Assembly (NCBI GenBank): GCA_963806225.1
Contig: CAWDXG010000003.1
Location: 96,001-160,000 of the forward strand
Direction of reading: 5' to 3'
DNA length: 64,000 nt
Source: an uncultured delta proteobacterium
Lineage (GTDB): Bacteria; Myxococcota_A; Polyangia; Polyangiales; Polyangiaceae
Shown here piece by piece: positions 41,759-51,817 of this stretch. The translations under genes were made by a program, and so were the position numbers. The notes under the pieces were generated by a model. That model worked only from the letters and a program-made list of their open reading frames with translations, searched no databases and was not told the DNA's origin. The number at the start of each line of letters is the position of its first letter. The stretch's first letter is position 1.

Positions 41759-42901
41759 TCAGGCGTCGAACGATGTGCGATAGAGCGCCATCAGGTCGTC
41801 CCGCGTGCAGGCTCTCGGGTTGGCCTGGTGGCAGGCATCCTTGAACGCCTTGTCGGCAAGCGTGGGAAGCTGATCCTCACGCACACCGACCGCGGAAAGC
41901 CCCGCCGGCAGTCCGATCGACGCCCTGAGCTTGCGAAGCGCAGCAGAACACGCGCCGTGTTCCGCGTCACCGCCCAGCAGCAGCCCGACGTGCACCACGC
42001 GCTCGAGCGCCGCCTGTTCGTTGAAGTCGACCACCGCAGGAAGGCACAACGCGTTGGCCAGACCATGATGCAGACCGCACTCGCTCGATAGCGGATGCGC
42101 AAGCGAGTGGCATGCGCCCAGGCCTTTCTGGAAGGCGACGGCGCCCATCATTGCCGCCTTCATCATCCCGCCCCGCGCTTCGAGGTCGGCGGCATCCGCC
42201 ATCACCGCCGGCAAGCACTTCGCCACGAGATCGATGCCGGCGAGTGCGATCGCGTCGGCCATCGGATGGTCACCCTTCGACAGATACGCCTCGATGCAGT
42301 GGGTCAGCGCATCGAATCCCGTAGCCGCCGTCGTACGCGCCGGCATCGAGCGCGTGAGCTCGGGATCGAGGATCGCTACGCGCGGCAGGAGCGACGGCGC
42401 GAAGATCACGGTCTTCCGACCGGTGGAGCGCAGTGTGACCACGGCGGAGCGTCCCACCTCGCTCCCGGTTCCCGCCGTCGTCGGCAGCGCGATGATCGGA
42501 GGCAGATCCTCCGGGATGTGGCGCCCCCCGCCCACGGCGTCGTCCAGTTCCTCGAACGGGCGCTGGACGCGCGCACGGAGCGCGACGAGCTTGCCCGCGT
42601 CCATCGGGGAACCGCCGCCTATGCACACCACGCCGTCGGCACGGTGCTCCTCGAATGCGACGCGGCCCTGCTCGACGTTCTGCTCGGTCGGATTGCCGTC
42701 GACGCCGTCGAAGACGCGCGTCTTGATGCCGGCCGCCTCGAGCGACTCGCGCACGCTGTTGCCCAGTCCCGCCTTCACGACCCCGGCGTCGGTCACGATG
42801 AGCGCGCGCTGCATGCCGGCGGCTTCCGCCTCCTGTCCGCTGCGCGCGGCTTCTCCGGCCCCGAAGACGATCCGTGTGGGAAAACTCCAGATTGCTGTCA
42901 T
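41759..42901 (-). CDS. Iron-containing alcohol dehydrogenase
   Basis: GGGSPMDAGK, PTTAGTGSEV, DALTHCIE, HSLAH, HHGLANA. Confidence 0.93.
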   Translation of the reverse strand: MTAIWSFPTRIVFGAGEAARSGQEAEAAGMQRALIVTDAGVVKAGLGNSVRESLEAAGIKTRVFDGVDGNPTEQNVEQGRVAFEEHRADGVVCIGGGSPMDAGKLVALRARVQRPFEELDDAVGGGRHIPEDLPPIIALPTTAGTGSEVGRSAVVTLRSTGRKTVIFAPSLLPRVAILDPELTRSMPARTTAATGFDALTHCIEAYLSKGDHPMADAIALAGIDLVAKCLPAVMADAADLEARGGMMKAAMMGAVAFQKGLGACHSLAHPLSSECGLHHGLANALCLPAVVDFNEQAALERVVHVGLLLGGDAEHGACSAALRKLRASIGLPAGLSAVGVREDQLPTLADKAFKDACHQANPRACTRDDLMALYRTSFDA

Positions 42902-42949
42902 GTCGACCTTGTAGCCTTTCCCGGGCCGGCGCGCCCGTAGGGTCCCCGG

Positions 42950-44416
42950 TCAGATCGCCTCGAAGTAGCGCTTGAGCTCCCAGTCCGTGACGGCTGTCCG
43001 GTAGGCGCGCTCCTCCCAGTCACGGGTCCGCACGTAGTGGTCGACGAATTCCGCCCCGAACAGCTCGACCGCCGCCTTGCTCGAAGCCAGGAGCCGCGTC
43101 GCTTGGGCAAGCGTCGTGGGCAGGCGCTCGGGGCCGTCCGTTCCCGGATCTCCGATGCTCTCGGGCGGCAGCTCCGCGTCGTGCTCGATTCCCCACAGAC
43201 CACTGCCGAGCGCTGCGGCCATGGCCAGATAGGGGTTGATGTCCGCGGCGCACTGGCGATGCTCCACCCTGAGCGCGCTGCTGCTTCCGGAACCGATCAC
43301 GCGGAGCGCACAGGCGCGGTTCTCGACGCCCCACGACGGAACGAGCGGCGCCCACAGCCCGGGAACGTAGCGCTTGTAGCTGTTCACGGTCGGCGACACC
43401 ATCGCGGTCAGCTCGCGCATCAGCTTCATCTGACCGCCGACATAGCGACGCATGACCCGTGACATTCCGCGGGACCCCTTCGGATCGTGGAACACGTTCC
43501 GGTCGCCGCGCCACAGGCTCTGGTGGACGTGCCCGCTGCAGCCCGGCAGCTCGGAGTTCCACTTGGCCATGAACGTCACGGAAAGCCCATGCCGCGCGGC
43601 GATCTGCTTCATGCTGGTCTTGAACAGCGCTGCCTTGTCGGCGGCGCGGAGAGCGTCGTCGTAGCGGATGGCCACCTCGTAGACGCCCGGTCCGGTTTCA
43701 GTGTGCAGGCCCTCGATGTCGATATCGAACTCGCGCATGCCGTGCAGGATGTCGTGCATCAACGCGGAGTCCTGCCCCGAACGCACCCAGCTGTAGCCGA
43801 ACATGCCCGGATCCAGGGGCGACAGATTGCGGAAGCCCTTGGCCTGCAGCGTGTCGCGCGTTTCCTGGAACAGGAAGAACTCGAACTCGGCGGAAAAGCG
43901 CGGCTCGTAGCCCAGGTCGCGTGCACGATCGATCACGCGGCGCAGAAGCGAGCGCGGACAGGCTGGATGCGGGCGGTCCTGGGCGTCGCGGAAGTCGCAG
44001 AGCATCGCGGCGATGCCGGGCTCCCACGGCGACAGCCGCAGGGTCGACGGATCCAGCACCGCGTGCGCATCGGGATAGCCGGTATGGGGCCCGGTAATGC
44101 GCCCGTTGTCGTACAAGGCGTCGGCCACGTCCCATCCGAAGATCACGTCGCAGAAGCCGAAGCCGGTGGCCAGGGCCGAGCGGAGCTTGTCGAGCGAGAC
44201 GTATTTCCCACGGAGAACGCCATCCACGTCGAAGCCGCCGACCTTGGCATGCGTCACGCCGCGCTCTTCCAGCCCGGCGACGAGCTCGCGGGCCTTGCGC
44301 GCACCCTGCGCGCGCCGGTCGGGAAGCGCCTTCGATCGCTTTTCGGGAGGCGTCCGCGACTTCGCCCTGGCGCGCGGGGCGGTCTTCTTCGTAGCTCGCT
44401 TGCGGGTCGTGGCCAT
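42950..44416 (-). CDS. Glutamine synthetase-family ligase (gamma-glutamyl-amine synthetase-like)
   Basis: DVDGVLRGK, AEFEF, HTETGPGVYE, TFMAK, GCSGHVHQSLW, NSYKR, WGVENR, NPYLA. Confidence 0.88.
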   Translation of the reverse strand: MATTRKRATKKTAPRARAKSRTPPEKRSKALPDRRAQGARKARELVAGLEERGVTHAKVGGFDVDGVLRGKYVSLDKLRSALATGFGFCDVIFGWDVADALYDNGRITGPHTGYPDAHAVLDPSTLRLSPWEPGIAAMLCDFRDAQDRPHPACPRSLLRRVIDRARDLGYEPRFSAEFEFFLFQETRDTLQAKGFRNLSPLDPGMFGYSWVRSGQDSALMHDILHGMREFDIDIEGLHTETGPGVYEVAIRYDDALRAADKAALFKTSMKQIAARHGLSVTFMAKWNSELPGCSGHVHQSLWRGDRNVFHDPKGSRGMSRVMRRYVGGQMKLMRELTAMVSPTVNSYKRYVPGLWAPLVPSWGVENRACALRVIGSGSSSALRVEHRQCAADINPYLAMAAALGSGLWGIEHDAELPPESIGDPGTDGPERLPTTLAQATRLLASSKAAVELFGAEFVDHYVRTRDWEERAYRTAVTDWELKRYFEAI

Positions 44417-44478
44417 GACCCCGGAGCCTACACGACCCGGGCGCCGCTTGTGCCCGTCGTGAAGCGCGCTGGCTGCAC

Positions 44479-45840
44479 TCAGAGAGAGCCGGCCGACGGG
44501 TAGACTTCCGCTGGTCCGACCCGCGCGAGGACGTCGACCAGTTCCTCGACCGGGTAGGGCTTGGCCAGGTAGTGGACCACGTGCGGATCGCCGAGCAACT
44601 CCGACGCGATGTCCTCGACCGAGTAGCCACTCGTGAGGATCACCGGAGCCGCGCAGCCGATCTGCCGCATCCGCTCGAGAACCCGCCCCGCCGAACCGTG
44701 GGGCAGATTGACGTCCAGCAGCAGCGCGTCGAAATCCGAAGCGTGTTCGTCGAGGGCCTGTATGGTCTGCTCCACGCTGGAGACGGTCCTCGTCCGATAG
44801 CCGTACTGGGCGAGGAGATCAGCAGTCAACGAGGCGAGCCGCTGCTCGTCGTCGCAGATGAGCACCACCGGATTCGACGCCACCCTCGCAACCGGGGAAG
44901 AGGAGCTCGCGGAACGCGAAGCCGACTGCGACGGCGCGTTCCTCGTGCCCGCCTCTTCGGCGCGCTCGCGGCGCCCCATGCTTCCAGCCAGGCGCTGCGC
45001 GGACTCCGTGCGCGTCGCCCGCTCCAGCTCGGTCTGCAGCCGCTTTCGCTCCGAGACGTCGCGGAAGAACACGAAGCTCGAGAGGCTCCCATCGAGCGGC
45101 GCGGGCGAGGCGGAGATCTCCACCACAACGGGATCGCCCGCCTTGCGGACCAGGACCTGCTCCGTCGGTGACACCTGCCCGTTTCCAACAAGGCCGCGCA
45201 GCGCGTTCTGTGCCGATAGCCGGTGGTCGGGATGCACGAAGTCCAGCACCGAGCGGCCGACGACCTCGTCGGCGGCGTGGCAACCGAACAGCTGTACCGC
45301 TGCCGGATTGACATAGAGCAGGATGCCCTTGCGGTGCACCGCGATGCCGTCGCTGGCCGAGTCGACCATCAGGCGGAAGCGCCTTTCCGAAGCCTCGAAG
45401 GCCTCGACGGTCAGTGCCTGCTCGCTGCGGTCCTCGAAAGCGACGCTCGCCGCCTGGACGCTCCCGCCGAGACGGAACGGCATCACATGCAGGCGGAACG
45501 GGCCGGAGCGTCCGGCGACGAGCGGGACGTCCGGAGCTTCGACCACCACCGCTTCGCCCAGCGCCGCGCGGCGGAGCGCGGCAGCCAGCCTCCCGTCATC
45601 CCCGACCAGCAGGGAGACCCCTCGCACCTGGTCGACCGGCAGTGCCGGTCCGATCCAGCCAGCGAGAGTGCGGTTGACCCTGACGCAGCTGCCATCGAGG
45701 CGAACGATCGCAAACCCGTTCGGAGCGAAATCGAGCGCCTCGCACACGAACCGCGCTGCCTCGTGCAGCGGGTCCGCCTCCCTCAGTATGTCTGCCGTGC
45801 CCTCCAAGCGCGCACCCCCTCCCTCGCGAAGACTAACCAA
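44479..45840 (-). CDS. PAS-PAS-REC signalling protein without a kinase core
   Basis: Two PAS-like segments (LDFVHPDH...FFRDVSERKR) and a C-terminal REC (ICDDE, LLDVNLP, TSGY, KPY). Start uncertain. Confidence 0.78.
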   Translation of the reverse strand: MVSLREGGGARLEGTADILREADPLHEAARFVCEALDFAPNGFAIVRLDGSCVRVNRTLAGWIGPALPVDQVRGVSLLVGDDGRLAAALRRAALGEAVVVEAPDVPLVAGRSGPFRLHVMPFRLGGSVQAASVAFEDRSEQALTVEAFEASERRFRLMVDSASDGIAVHRKGILLYVNPAAVQLFGCHAADEVVGRSVLDFVHPDHRLSAQNALRGLVGNGQVSPTEQVLVRKAGDPVVVEISASPAPLDGSLSSFVFFRDVSERKRLQTELERATRTESAQRLAGSMGRRERAEEAGTRNAPSQSASRSASSSSPVARVASNPVVLICDDEQRLASLTADLLAQYGYRTRTVSSVEQTIQALDEHASDFDALLLDVNLPHGSAGRVLERMRQIGCAAPVILTSGYSVEDIASELLGDPHVVHYLAKPYPVEELVDVLARVGPAEVYPSAGSL

Positions 45841-45893
45841 TCCAGGACCGCCTGGCTACGAGACATTGCACGCGAGACGTTCTCCGCGTTGGC

Positions 45894-47850
45894 TCACGCC
45901 CCGCGTGGCAGCAGCCGGTAGATGAGCAGGATCACGCCAGCCACCATCAGGAAACCGGCCACGTAGCCTGCCGGGAGCGGGCCGAGGGAAAGTACACTCC
46001 CGCTGGAAGACGCCACCACCTCGTCGACGAGGGTCAACAGGATGCTGGCTAGCAGCAGGGCTGCACCCGGCAGGATTCGGCGCAGCAGCGTCGGCTCGCT
46101 CGGGATGGCGCGTCGCACCGCGGCGGGATCGCTTTCGGGACGTGCCGGAACCAGGCTGGAACCAGGCGACGGCGCGGCACCCGGCTCGGGCTCGGTCGTG
46201 GCGCGCCTCGAGTCCGGCGGATCGGGCGCCGACCAGCTCGGAGAGCTCTGCCCGGCCTTGCCGACGGCGGGCCAGGAGGCACCGCTAGCCGAGCGGGCCG
46301 AGCGAGCCGAGGGCGGCGCGACAGGATGGGCAGCCGGCGGCGCTGCCGCCGGCCACGCATCCCCGCTCTGGTGCGAAGGCGCGACGGAGGGCGGCGCCGA
46401 CACTGCGCGCAGCGATCCGCTCGACAACCTGCGCACGGGTTCCTCGCCCGGCGCCAGATCCAACGCGAGATCGACCCCCGCGGCGTCGTCGAAGTCGATC
46501 ACGCCCGAGAAGGCCGGCATCGAGTCGCTCGAGGCGGTGCGGGAGCGCGGTGCAGGCTTGTCGAACGCGAGAATCGGGAATGGCGACGGGCGCCGCGGGG
46601 GGCGCGGCAGCGGGTGGGGCCGCCTGCGCCCGCGGAGATACGTGCACCGGGACCGGCGCGGCGGACGAGCCGCCCCCGGGCGTCCCGCCGGCGAGTTCGG
46701 GGGCGTTTCCCGCCAACGCGACGGCATCCAGCGTCGCCGCCTCGCGCAAGTCCCCCGCAACCCGTGACTGTAGACCCGAGATGCGCGACGAGCGCTCGGG
46801 CATGGCCGCCTCGATGGTCTCGACGCGGGGCACCACCCCGCCCTCGGAGCGTTCGTCGCGGAACGCACCGCCGCCAGGGCGCAATGAAGCCATGCGCGGC
46901 TCGACGACACCCGCCGCCCGCAGGAGGTCGTCCCAGAACGCACCGGCTTCGGGATAGCGGTCGCGCGGATCCAGAGCGAGAGCGCGCACAAACACCGCCT
47001 CGACCTCGTCGCTGACCACGAGCCCTTCCGTGCGTGGCGTGGGACGCCGCGTCGGATCGACCGCGGTGCCCATCATCGCAGCCTGATCCCCGTCGATGAT
47101 CGCACGGCCCGCCATCACTTCCACCAGCGTGAGCGCCAGGCCCCACACATCGGTCCAGGGTCCGGTCTGCCCGAAGCGCTTCGGCACCCACTGCTCCGGG
47201 GCGCCGTAGGCCGGCGTGAACGACGCCAGCGCGCTGTGCGTCTGGCTGGCCCGCCCCGCGACCTGGCTGGCGACGCTCTTGGCCTTGCCAATGCCGAAGT
47301 CCAGGATCTTGACGACCTGCTCCCCTGCTACATTCGCCACGAAGATGTTCTCTGGCTTGAGGTCGCGGTGAACGATCGAAATCGGTCCGTCGGGCCCCAT
47401 GTAGTTGTGGGCGCGCTCCAGCGCGCGGGCGACCGGCGTCAGCAGCCGGACCAGCTTCTTCAGCGACATGGGGGAGAGCCCATCCTCCTTGCGGCGCTCC
47501 ATGATCGCGTCGAGCGTCTCGCCCTCGAGCCACTCCAGCGCCATGAACGGCATGAAGGTGCCGTCGGCCATGGTCACCGCATCCACATGCAGGGGTCGCA
47601 CGACCGTGGGGATGCTCGCCGACAGCCTGAACAACAGCTCCGCCTCGCCACGGAACTGTTCGAGAAATTCCTCCTGGTGCGCGGCGCTGAGCTGCTGCGG
47701 GATCTTCAGACACTTCAGCGCGACCGGCGCGCGGAAACCGGTGTGATGCGCACGGTAGACCACACCGAACCCACCTTCGGCCACAACCGTCTCCACCTGG
47801 TATGCGCCAACAATGACGCTTCCCACGATTCCGAAGACGTCTTCCGCCAT
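45894..47850 (-). CDS. Ser/Thr protein kinase with C-terminal TM helices; +1 frameshift near 46572
   Basis: VAEGGFGVVY, VALK, HRDLKPEN, DFG, YGAPEQ, DVWGL; removing one base gives AIPDLAFDKP... continuing to two TM helices ending at 45894. Confidence 0.85.
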
Positions 47851-47981
47851 GTGCTCTTGCCGCCCCCTCTCCTATGGGCAAAACGCGGGCCCGTAGCATA
47901 CCAGATCCCCCTGTTCTGCACACCCTGCAGCAGACCGGCTGGCCGACTCCGGGCGCTGCCTGGAAAGGCCATGTTGTGGCG

Positions 47982-48794
47982 ATGAGCGGAGAGCAGACCC
48001 GGCCCGGGTTCGGGTCCGGGATTGTCGCGCTGGTCCACAGCGCCGGCTTCCTCGCCCGGCGCCCCCGCGCCTGGCCCTACGCGCTGGTGCCGGCGGCAAT
48101 CCTGGTGGCGCTCGCCAGCCTGCTGGTCGCGCTGTCCGTCCACTTCGTGCAGCCGGCCATCGCGGATCTGATGCCCGCTCCCTCGCACTGGTACTGGCAG
48201 ATGGGGCGCGGCTTCATTTCCTGGCTCGTGACGATACTCGCCGGCGTGCTCGGGCTCCTCCTGGCACTGGCAGTCACGCCCCCCCTCAGCGGTCCCGCGC
48301 TCGAGCATCTGGTCGAGCTCGAGGAGCGCGAGCTCGCAGTGAGCCAGCGGCAGCCCATCGGATTTTTGGCCGAGATCTGGTGCGGACTGAAGGCCCAGGC
48401 AGCGGCAGCCATGTTTGCCGGGCCGCTGCTTGTCGTTCTGTGGATCGTCGATCTGCTGTTCCCGCCGGCTTCCGTGGTGACCGTTCCGCTCAAGTTGCTC
48501 ATCACGTCGCTGGCGCTCGCCTGGAATCTCTTCGACTATCCACTCACCCTGCGCGGCGTGCCTTTGCGCGGCCGTCTCGCCCTCGTCGTCAGGAATCCGG
48601 GAGCCACGCTCGGCTTCGGCGCCGGCTGCACGATCCTGTTTCTGGCGCCGTGCTTCGGCGTGTTGATGCTTCCGGTGGGCGTGGTGGGAGCAACGCGACT
48701 GGTGTGGCAGCTCCTCGAAGCCGATCCCGGACTCGTGCCCAGCCTGCCGCGGCGCGCGGACGGCGTTGCTCCCGGAGCGGGCGGGCAGCGCTAG
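47982..48794 (+). CDS. EI24/CysZ-like membrane protein
   Basis: YALVP...PPLSGPALEHL...FDYPL...GVVGATRL pattern with several TM helices. Confidence 0.75.
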   Translation: MSGEQTRPGFGSGIVALVHSAGFLARRPRAWPYALVPAAILVALASLLVALSVHFVQPAIADLMPAPSHWYWQMGRGFISWLVTILAGVLGLLLALAVTPPLSGPALEHLVELEERELAVSQRQPIGFLAEIWCGLKAQAAAAMFAGPLLVVLWIVDLLFPPASVVTVPLKLLITSLALAWNLFDYPLTLRGVPLRGRLALVVRNPGATLGFGAGCTILFLAPCFGVLMLPVGVVGATRLVWQLLEADPGLVPSLPRRADGVAPGAGGQR

Positions 48795-50284
48795 TTCTGG
48801 TCGACGGCGATACCGAGCTGGCGACGGAGCTGCGAATAGCGGTCGCCGACGGTGAACGCGAGCAGATCCTTGACCAGCTCCTCGGCCGCGCGCCCGTCCT
48901 GTTCAAGGACGCCCTTGGCCGTGGCCAGATCGTTGCAGAGCAGGAGCCCAGCCCGGCACGCGGTCTTCTCGACCGCTGCGCTCCAGCGTTGCAGGTTGGT
49001 TCGCCCGCCCTCTTCCACGAAGCGCAGGAAATATCCACGCAGCGAGTCGATCTGCTGCGGCTCGAGCACGGGCTCGATGGCCTGGGCGATGGGGGCCACG
49101 CGGCGCTTCATGTCCTCGGCGATCGGTAGGCCGGGATTGCCGATCGTGAGCGCGGCCAGGAACAGGTCCTCCAGATCGGGGACCGCGCTGAAGAGCTTCT
49201 TCACATAGTGCTCCTGCCGGTACCAGCTCAGATGCCGACCCGCGAAGAACGCATGCTCGAGCTGCGAGGGCCCGGACAGCACCTTGTGGCCCACCACGGT
49301 GATGGGCGGGACCGCCGGGATGTGCTCGTATCCCACCTCGCGATCCTTCTCCACGTAGATGGGCGGCGGAGCCAGACCCAGGATCGCCGCCGCCCAGGTC
49401 AGCGCGCGCACCGCCGTCAGCGTGGCCTGCACGGGATCCTGCTTCGTCGCCGGATCGGGCTGGTGCAACTTCCCGTCGCGGCGGAGCGCCGTGACCCGCC
49501 CCAGCAGCACTGCCGGCGCGATAATCGCGAAGATCTGGCCGGTGAGCACCTCTTCTTCCGGATGGAAAAGCAGGTCGTACCAGGCGTTCTGCGAGACGCC
49601 GCCGCGCGGCGCCATGAGCGTCTGCGCCCGGTATTGCTGATAGAGCTTGTTCTGCTCGTCGTTCGCTGCGCCCAGTGTCACCAGCGCCTGGGACACGCAC
49701 CACTGCCGGTCGGTCTCTCCACGCGCCGCATAGATGCGGTACAGATTGCGGAACGGTTCCGGACGGGTCGGGTCGCGGCGGATCTGTCGCCAGACGGCAT
49801 CGGCGTCCTCGCTGGCATCTTCCGCCGCGCTCTCCAGATCGCCGAGGTCCACTTCCACGTTGATGGCCGCCTGCGCCCGGCGCAGTTCCTCTTCGAGCTC
49901 GCGAACGCGGGCTTCGAGTTGCTCGATGCGCTTCAGGAGCAACGTGCGGCCTGCGTCGCCCTGCGCCTGCACCTGCAACGGAGCGAGCGATGCCGCTGGC
50001 TCTTCGTAGTGCTCGATGATCTTCACCTGGTGGCGCGCCTGGTAGGCCGCCACCATCGCCTGCTCGAGGCGCAGTAGACGTTGCCGGTCGAGCCCGAGGT
50101 TGTCGGCCGCCTTCTCCAGACGCGCCCGCTCCTCGGCTGTGATGACGCCGTCCTCGAGCGCTTCGGCGAACAGTTCCTCGTACTGCATCTCCAGTGGGCC
50201 GAGCCCCAGCCCGCCGGCTACCTCACCGGGAGAAAACCCCGCGCCATGCTCGAAGCCACCCGTCACGTCGCCTGAATCGCTCAT
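48791..50284 (-). CDS. Hypothetical protein (helical N-terminus, coiled coil, C-terminus like myxobacterial TPR proteins)
   Basis: Long GC3-rich ORF; DGVITAEERARL; coiled coil; W...VEKTACRAGLLLCNDL...LRRQLG C-terminus. Confidence 0.7.
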   Translation of the reverse strand: MSDSGDVTGGFEHGAGFSPGEVAGGLGLGPLEMQYEELFAEALEDGVITAEERARLEKAADNLGLDRQRLLRLEQAMVAAYQARHQVKIIEHYEEPAASLAPLQVQAQGDAGRTLLLKRIEQLEARVRELEEELRRAQAAINVEVDLGDLESAAEDASEDADAVWRQIRRDPTRPEPFRNLYRIYAARGETDRQWCVSQALVTLGAANDEQNKLYQQYRAQTLMAPRGGVSQNAWYDLLFHPEEEVLTGQIFAIIAPAVLLGRVTALRRDGKLHQPDPATKQDPVQATLTAVRALTWAAAILGLAPPPIYVEKDREVGYEHIPAVPPITVVGHKVLSGPSQLEHAFFAGRHLSWYRQEHYVKKLFSAVPDLEDLFLAALTIGNPGLPIAEDMKRRVAPIAQAIEPVLEPQQIDSLRGYFLRFVEEGGRTNLQRWSAAVEKTACRAGLLLCNDLATAKGVLEQDGRAAEELVKDLLAFTVGDRYSQLRRQLGIAVDQN

Positions 50285-50510
50285 CGCTATAGCCCTCCGT
50301 CCGTCCCGACTTTCACCCGGAGTCCGCGGCGGTTCAACGCCCGTCTGGATGTATGTGTGTGTGGGCCGGCCAGACTGCGTGCACCACGCGATCCGCTCCG
50401 CCGTGCCTCGAAAAGCGTGTTAGCATTGAAACTATGCGGCGTACCTTGTGCGCCGCAGAAGCAGCCGGGCGACGGTCGCTCCCGCCCGGCATCGACAAGG
50501 AGCTTCGCCG

Positions 50511-51773
50511 GTGCGCTTCTCGACCTACCGTAAGACTTTGCTTTCCCTGACGGGCCTGTCCCTTGCGTTCTACTTCGGCTGCGGCGGCGGCAACAGCGGC
50601 GACACTGCCGGCAGCGGCGGCAGCGCCGCCAACGGCTCGGGCGCCTCGGGCGGCAGCGCCGCCAGTAGTGCTGGCGGCAGTTCCTCCGGCGCCTCCGGGG
50701 GCACACTCAACCTCGGCGGCAGCAGTGGCAGCTCGTCGACCGGCGGCACCGGTGTCATCGATCCCGACGCAGGTTGCGCTACGTCAAAACTCAACGGCAC
50801 GCTGATTCCCGCGAACCTGCTGTTCGTGGTCGACCGCAGCGGCAGCATGAAGTGCAACCTGCCGCAGGACGGCCAGACCACCGCCAACTGCGAAAAATTC
50901 CCGAAGAAACTCGACCCGGCCAAGCCCAGCAAGTGGGAGCTCACGCGCGCTGCGCTCGAGAGCGCGCTTTCGCAGCTCCAGCAGGGCGGCAACGTCAGCG
51001 CCGGCCTCGTCGTATTCCCGGCGGACGGGTCGAACTGCACCGTGAACAAGACGCCGAACGTGCCCATCGCCAGCCTCGACTCCACGGGCGGCCAGGTTGC
51101 GACGATCAGCACGTTCCTCGACAACGAGACGCCCGGTGGATCGACGCCACTCGCCGGCGCCGACATCGAGGGCTACGCGTACATCCTGTCGCAGTGGTCG
51201 AAGCTGCCCGGCAACAAGTTCGTCGTGCTGTTGACCGACGGCTTCGAGACCTGCTCGCCGGACTCGCTTCCCGATCTCTTGACCAAGGAAGTCCCGCAAG
51301 CCACCAGCATCGGCATCCGCACCTTCGTGATCGGCGTACCTGGCAGCGAAGACGGTCGCGCGCTGCTCTCGCAGATCGCGTACATCGGCGGCACGCCGAA
51401 GAGCTCGAGCTGCACGCACAACCCGAGCCCGGCCAACGTCGGCGACTGCCACTTCGACATGACAACGTCCAGCAACTTCTCGCAGGATTTGCAGGACGCG
51501 CTGAAGAAGATCAGCGGCACCGTCCTCAGCTGCGAGCTCGACGTGCCGAAGAACCCGAGCGGCGGCGGCGTCGACCCGACGAAGGTCAACGTCACCATCA
51601 ACGGCAAGGTCGTGAACCAGGACACCAGCACGACCTGTGACAAGGCCGACGGCTGGCAGTACAACTCGACCAAGACCAAGATCGAGCTGTGCGGCTCGGC
51701 CTGCACGAACGCCAAGCAGCCCAACGCCACCGTCCAGGTCGTGCTCGGCTGCCCGACGGGCGGCATCTTCTAG
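50511..51773 (+). CDS. VWA-domain Cys-rich lipoprotein
   Basis: AAGGAG SD plus GTG; lipobox YFGC; Gly/Ser linker; MIDAS DRSGS...TP...LLTDG; C-terminal IELCGSAC. Confidence 0.85.
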   Translation: MRFSTYRKTLLSLTGLSLAFYFGCGGGNSGDTAGSGGSAANGSGASGGSAASSAGGSSSGASGGTLNLGGSSGSSSTGGTGVIDPDAGCATSKLNGTLIPANLLFVVDRSGSMKCNLPQDGQTTANCEKFPKKLDPAKPSKWELTRAALESALSQLQQGGNVSAGLVVFPADGSNCTVNKTPNVPIASLDSTGGQVATISTFLDNETPGGSTPLAGADIEGYAYILSQWSKLPGNKFVVLLTDGFETCSPDSLPDLLTKEVPQATSIGIRTFVIGVPGSEDGRALLSQIAYIGGTPKSSSCTHNPSPANVGDCHFDMTTSSNFSQDLQDALKKISGTVLSCELDVPKNPSGGGVDPTKVNVTINGKVVNQDTSTTCDKADGWQYNSTKTKIELCGSACTNAKQPNATVQVVLGCPTGGIF

Positions 51774-51817
51774 TCCGGGCGCGCATCCCAGTTCCCTTGG
51801 TCTTCCGCTGCAGCAGC

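Noticed and set aside
42950..44416. Calling this gene glnA
   Set aside because: The sequence and the adjacent iron-ADH fit the gamma-glutamylation GS-like subfamily better than GSI, so no symbol was assigned.
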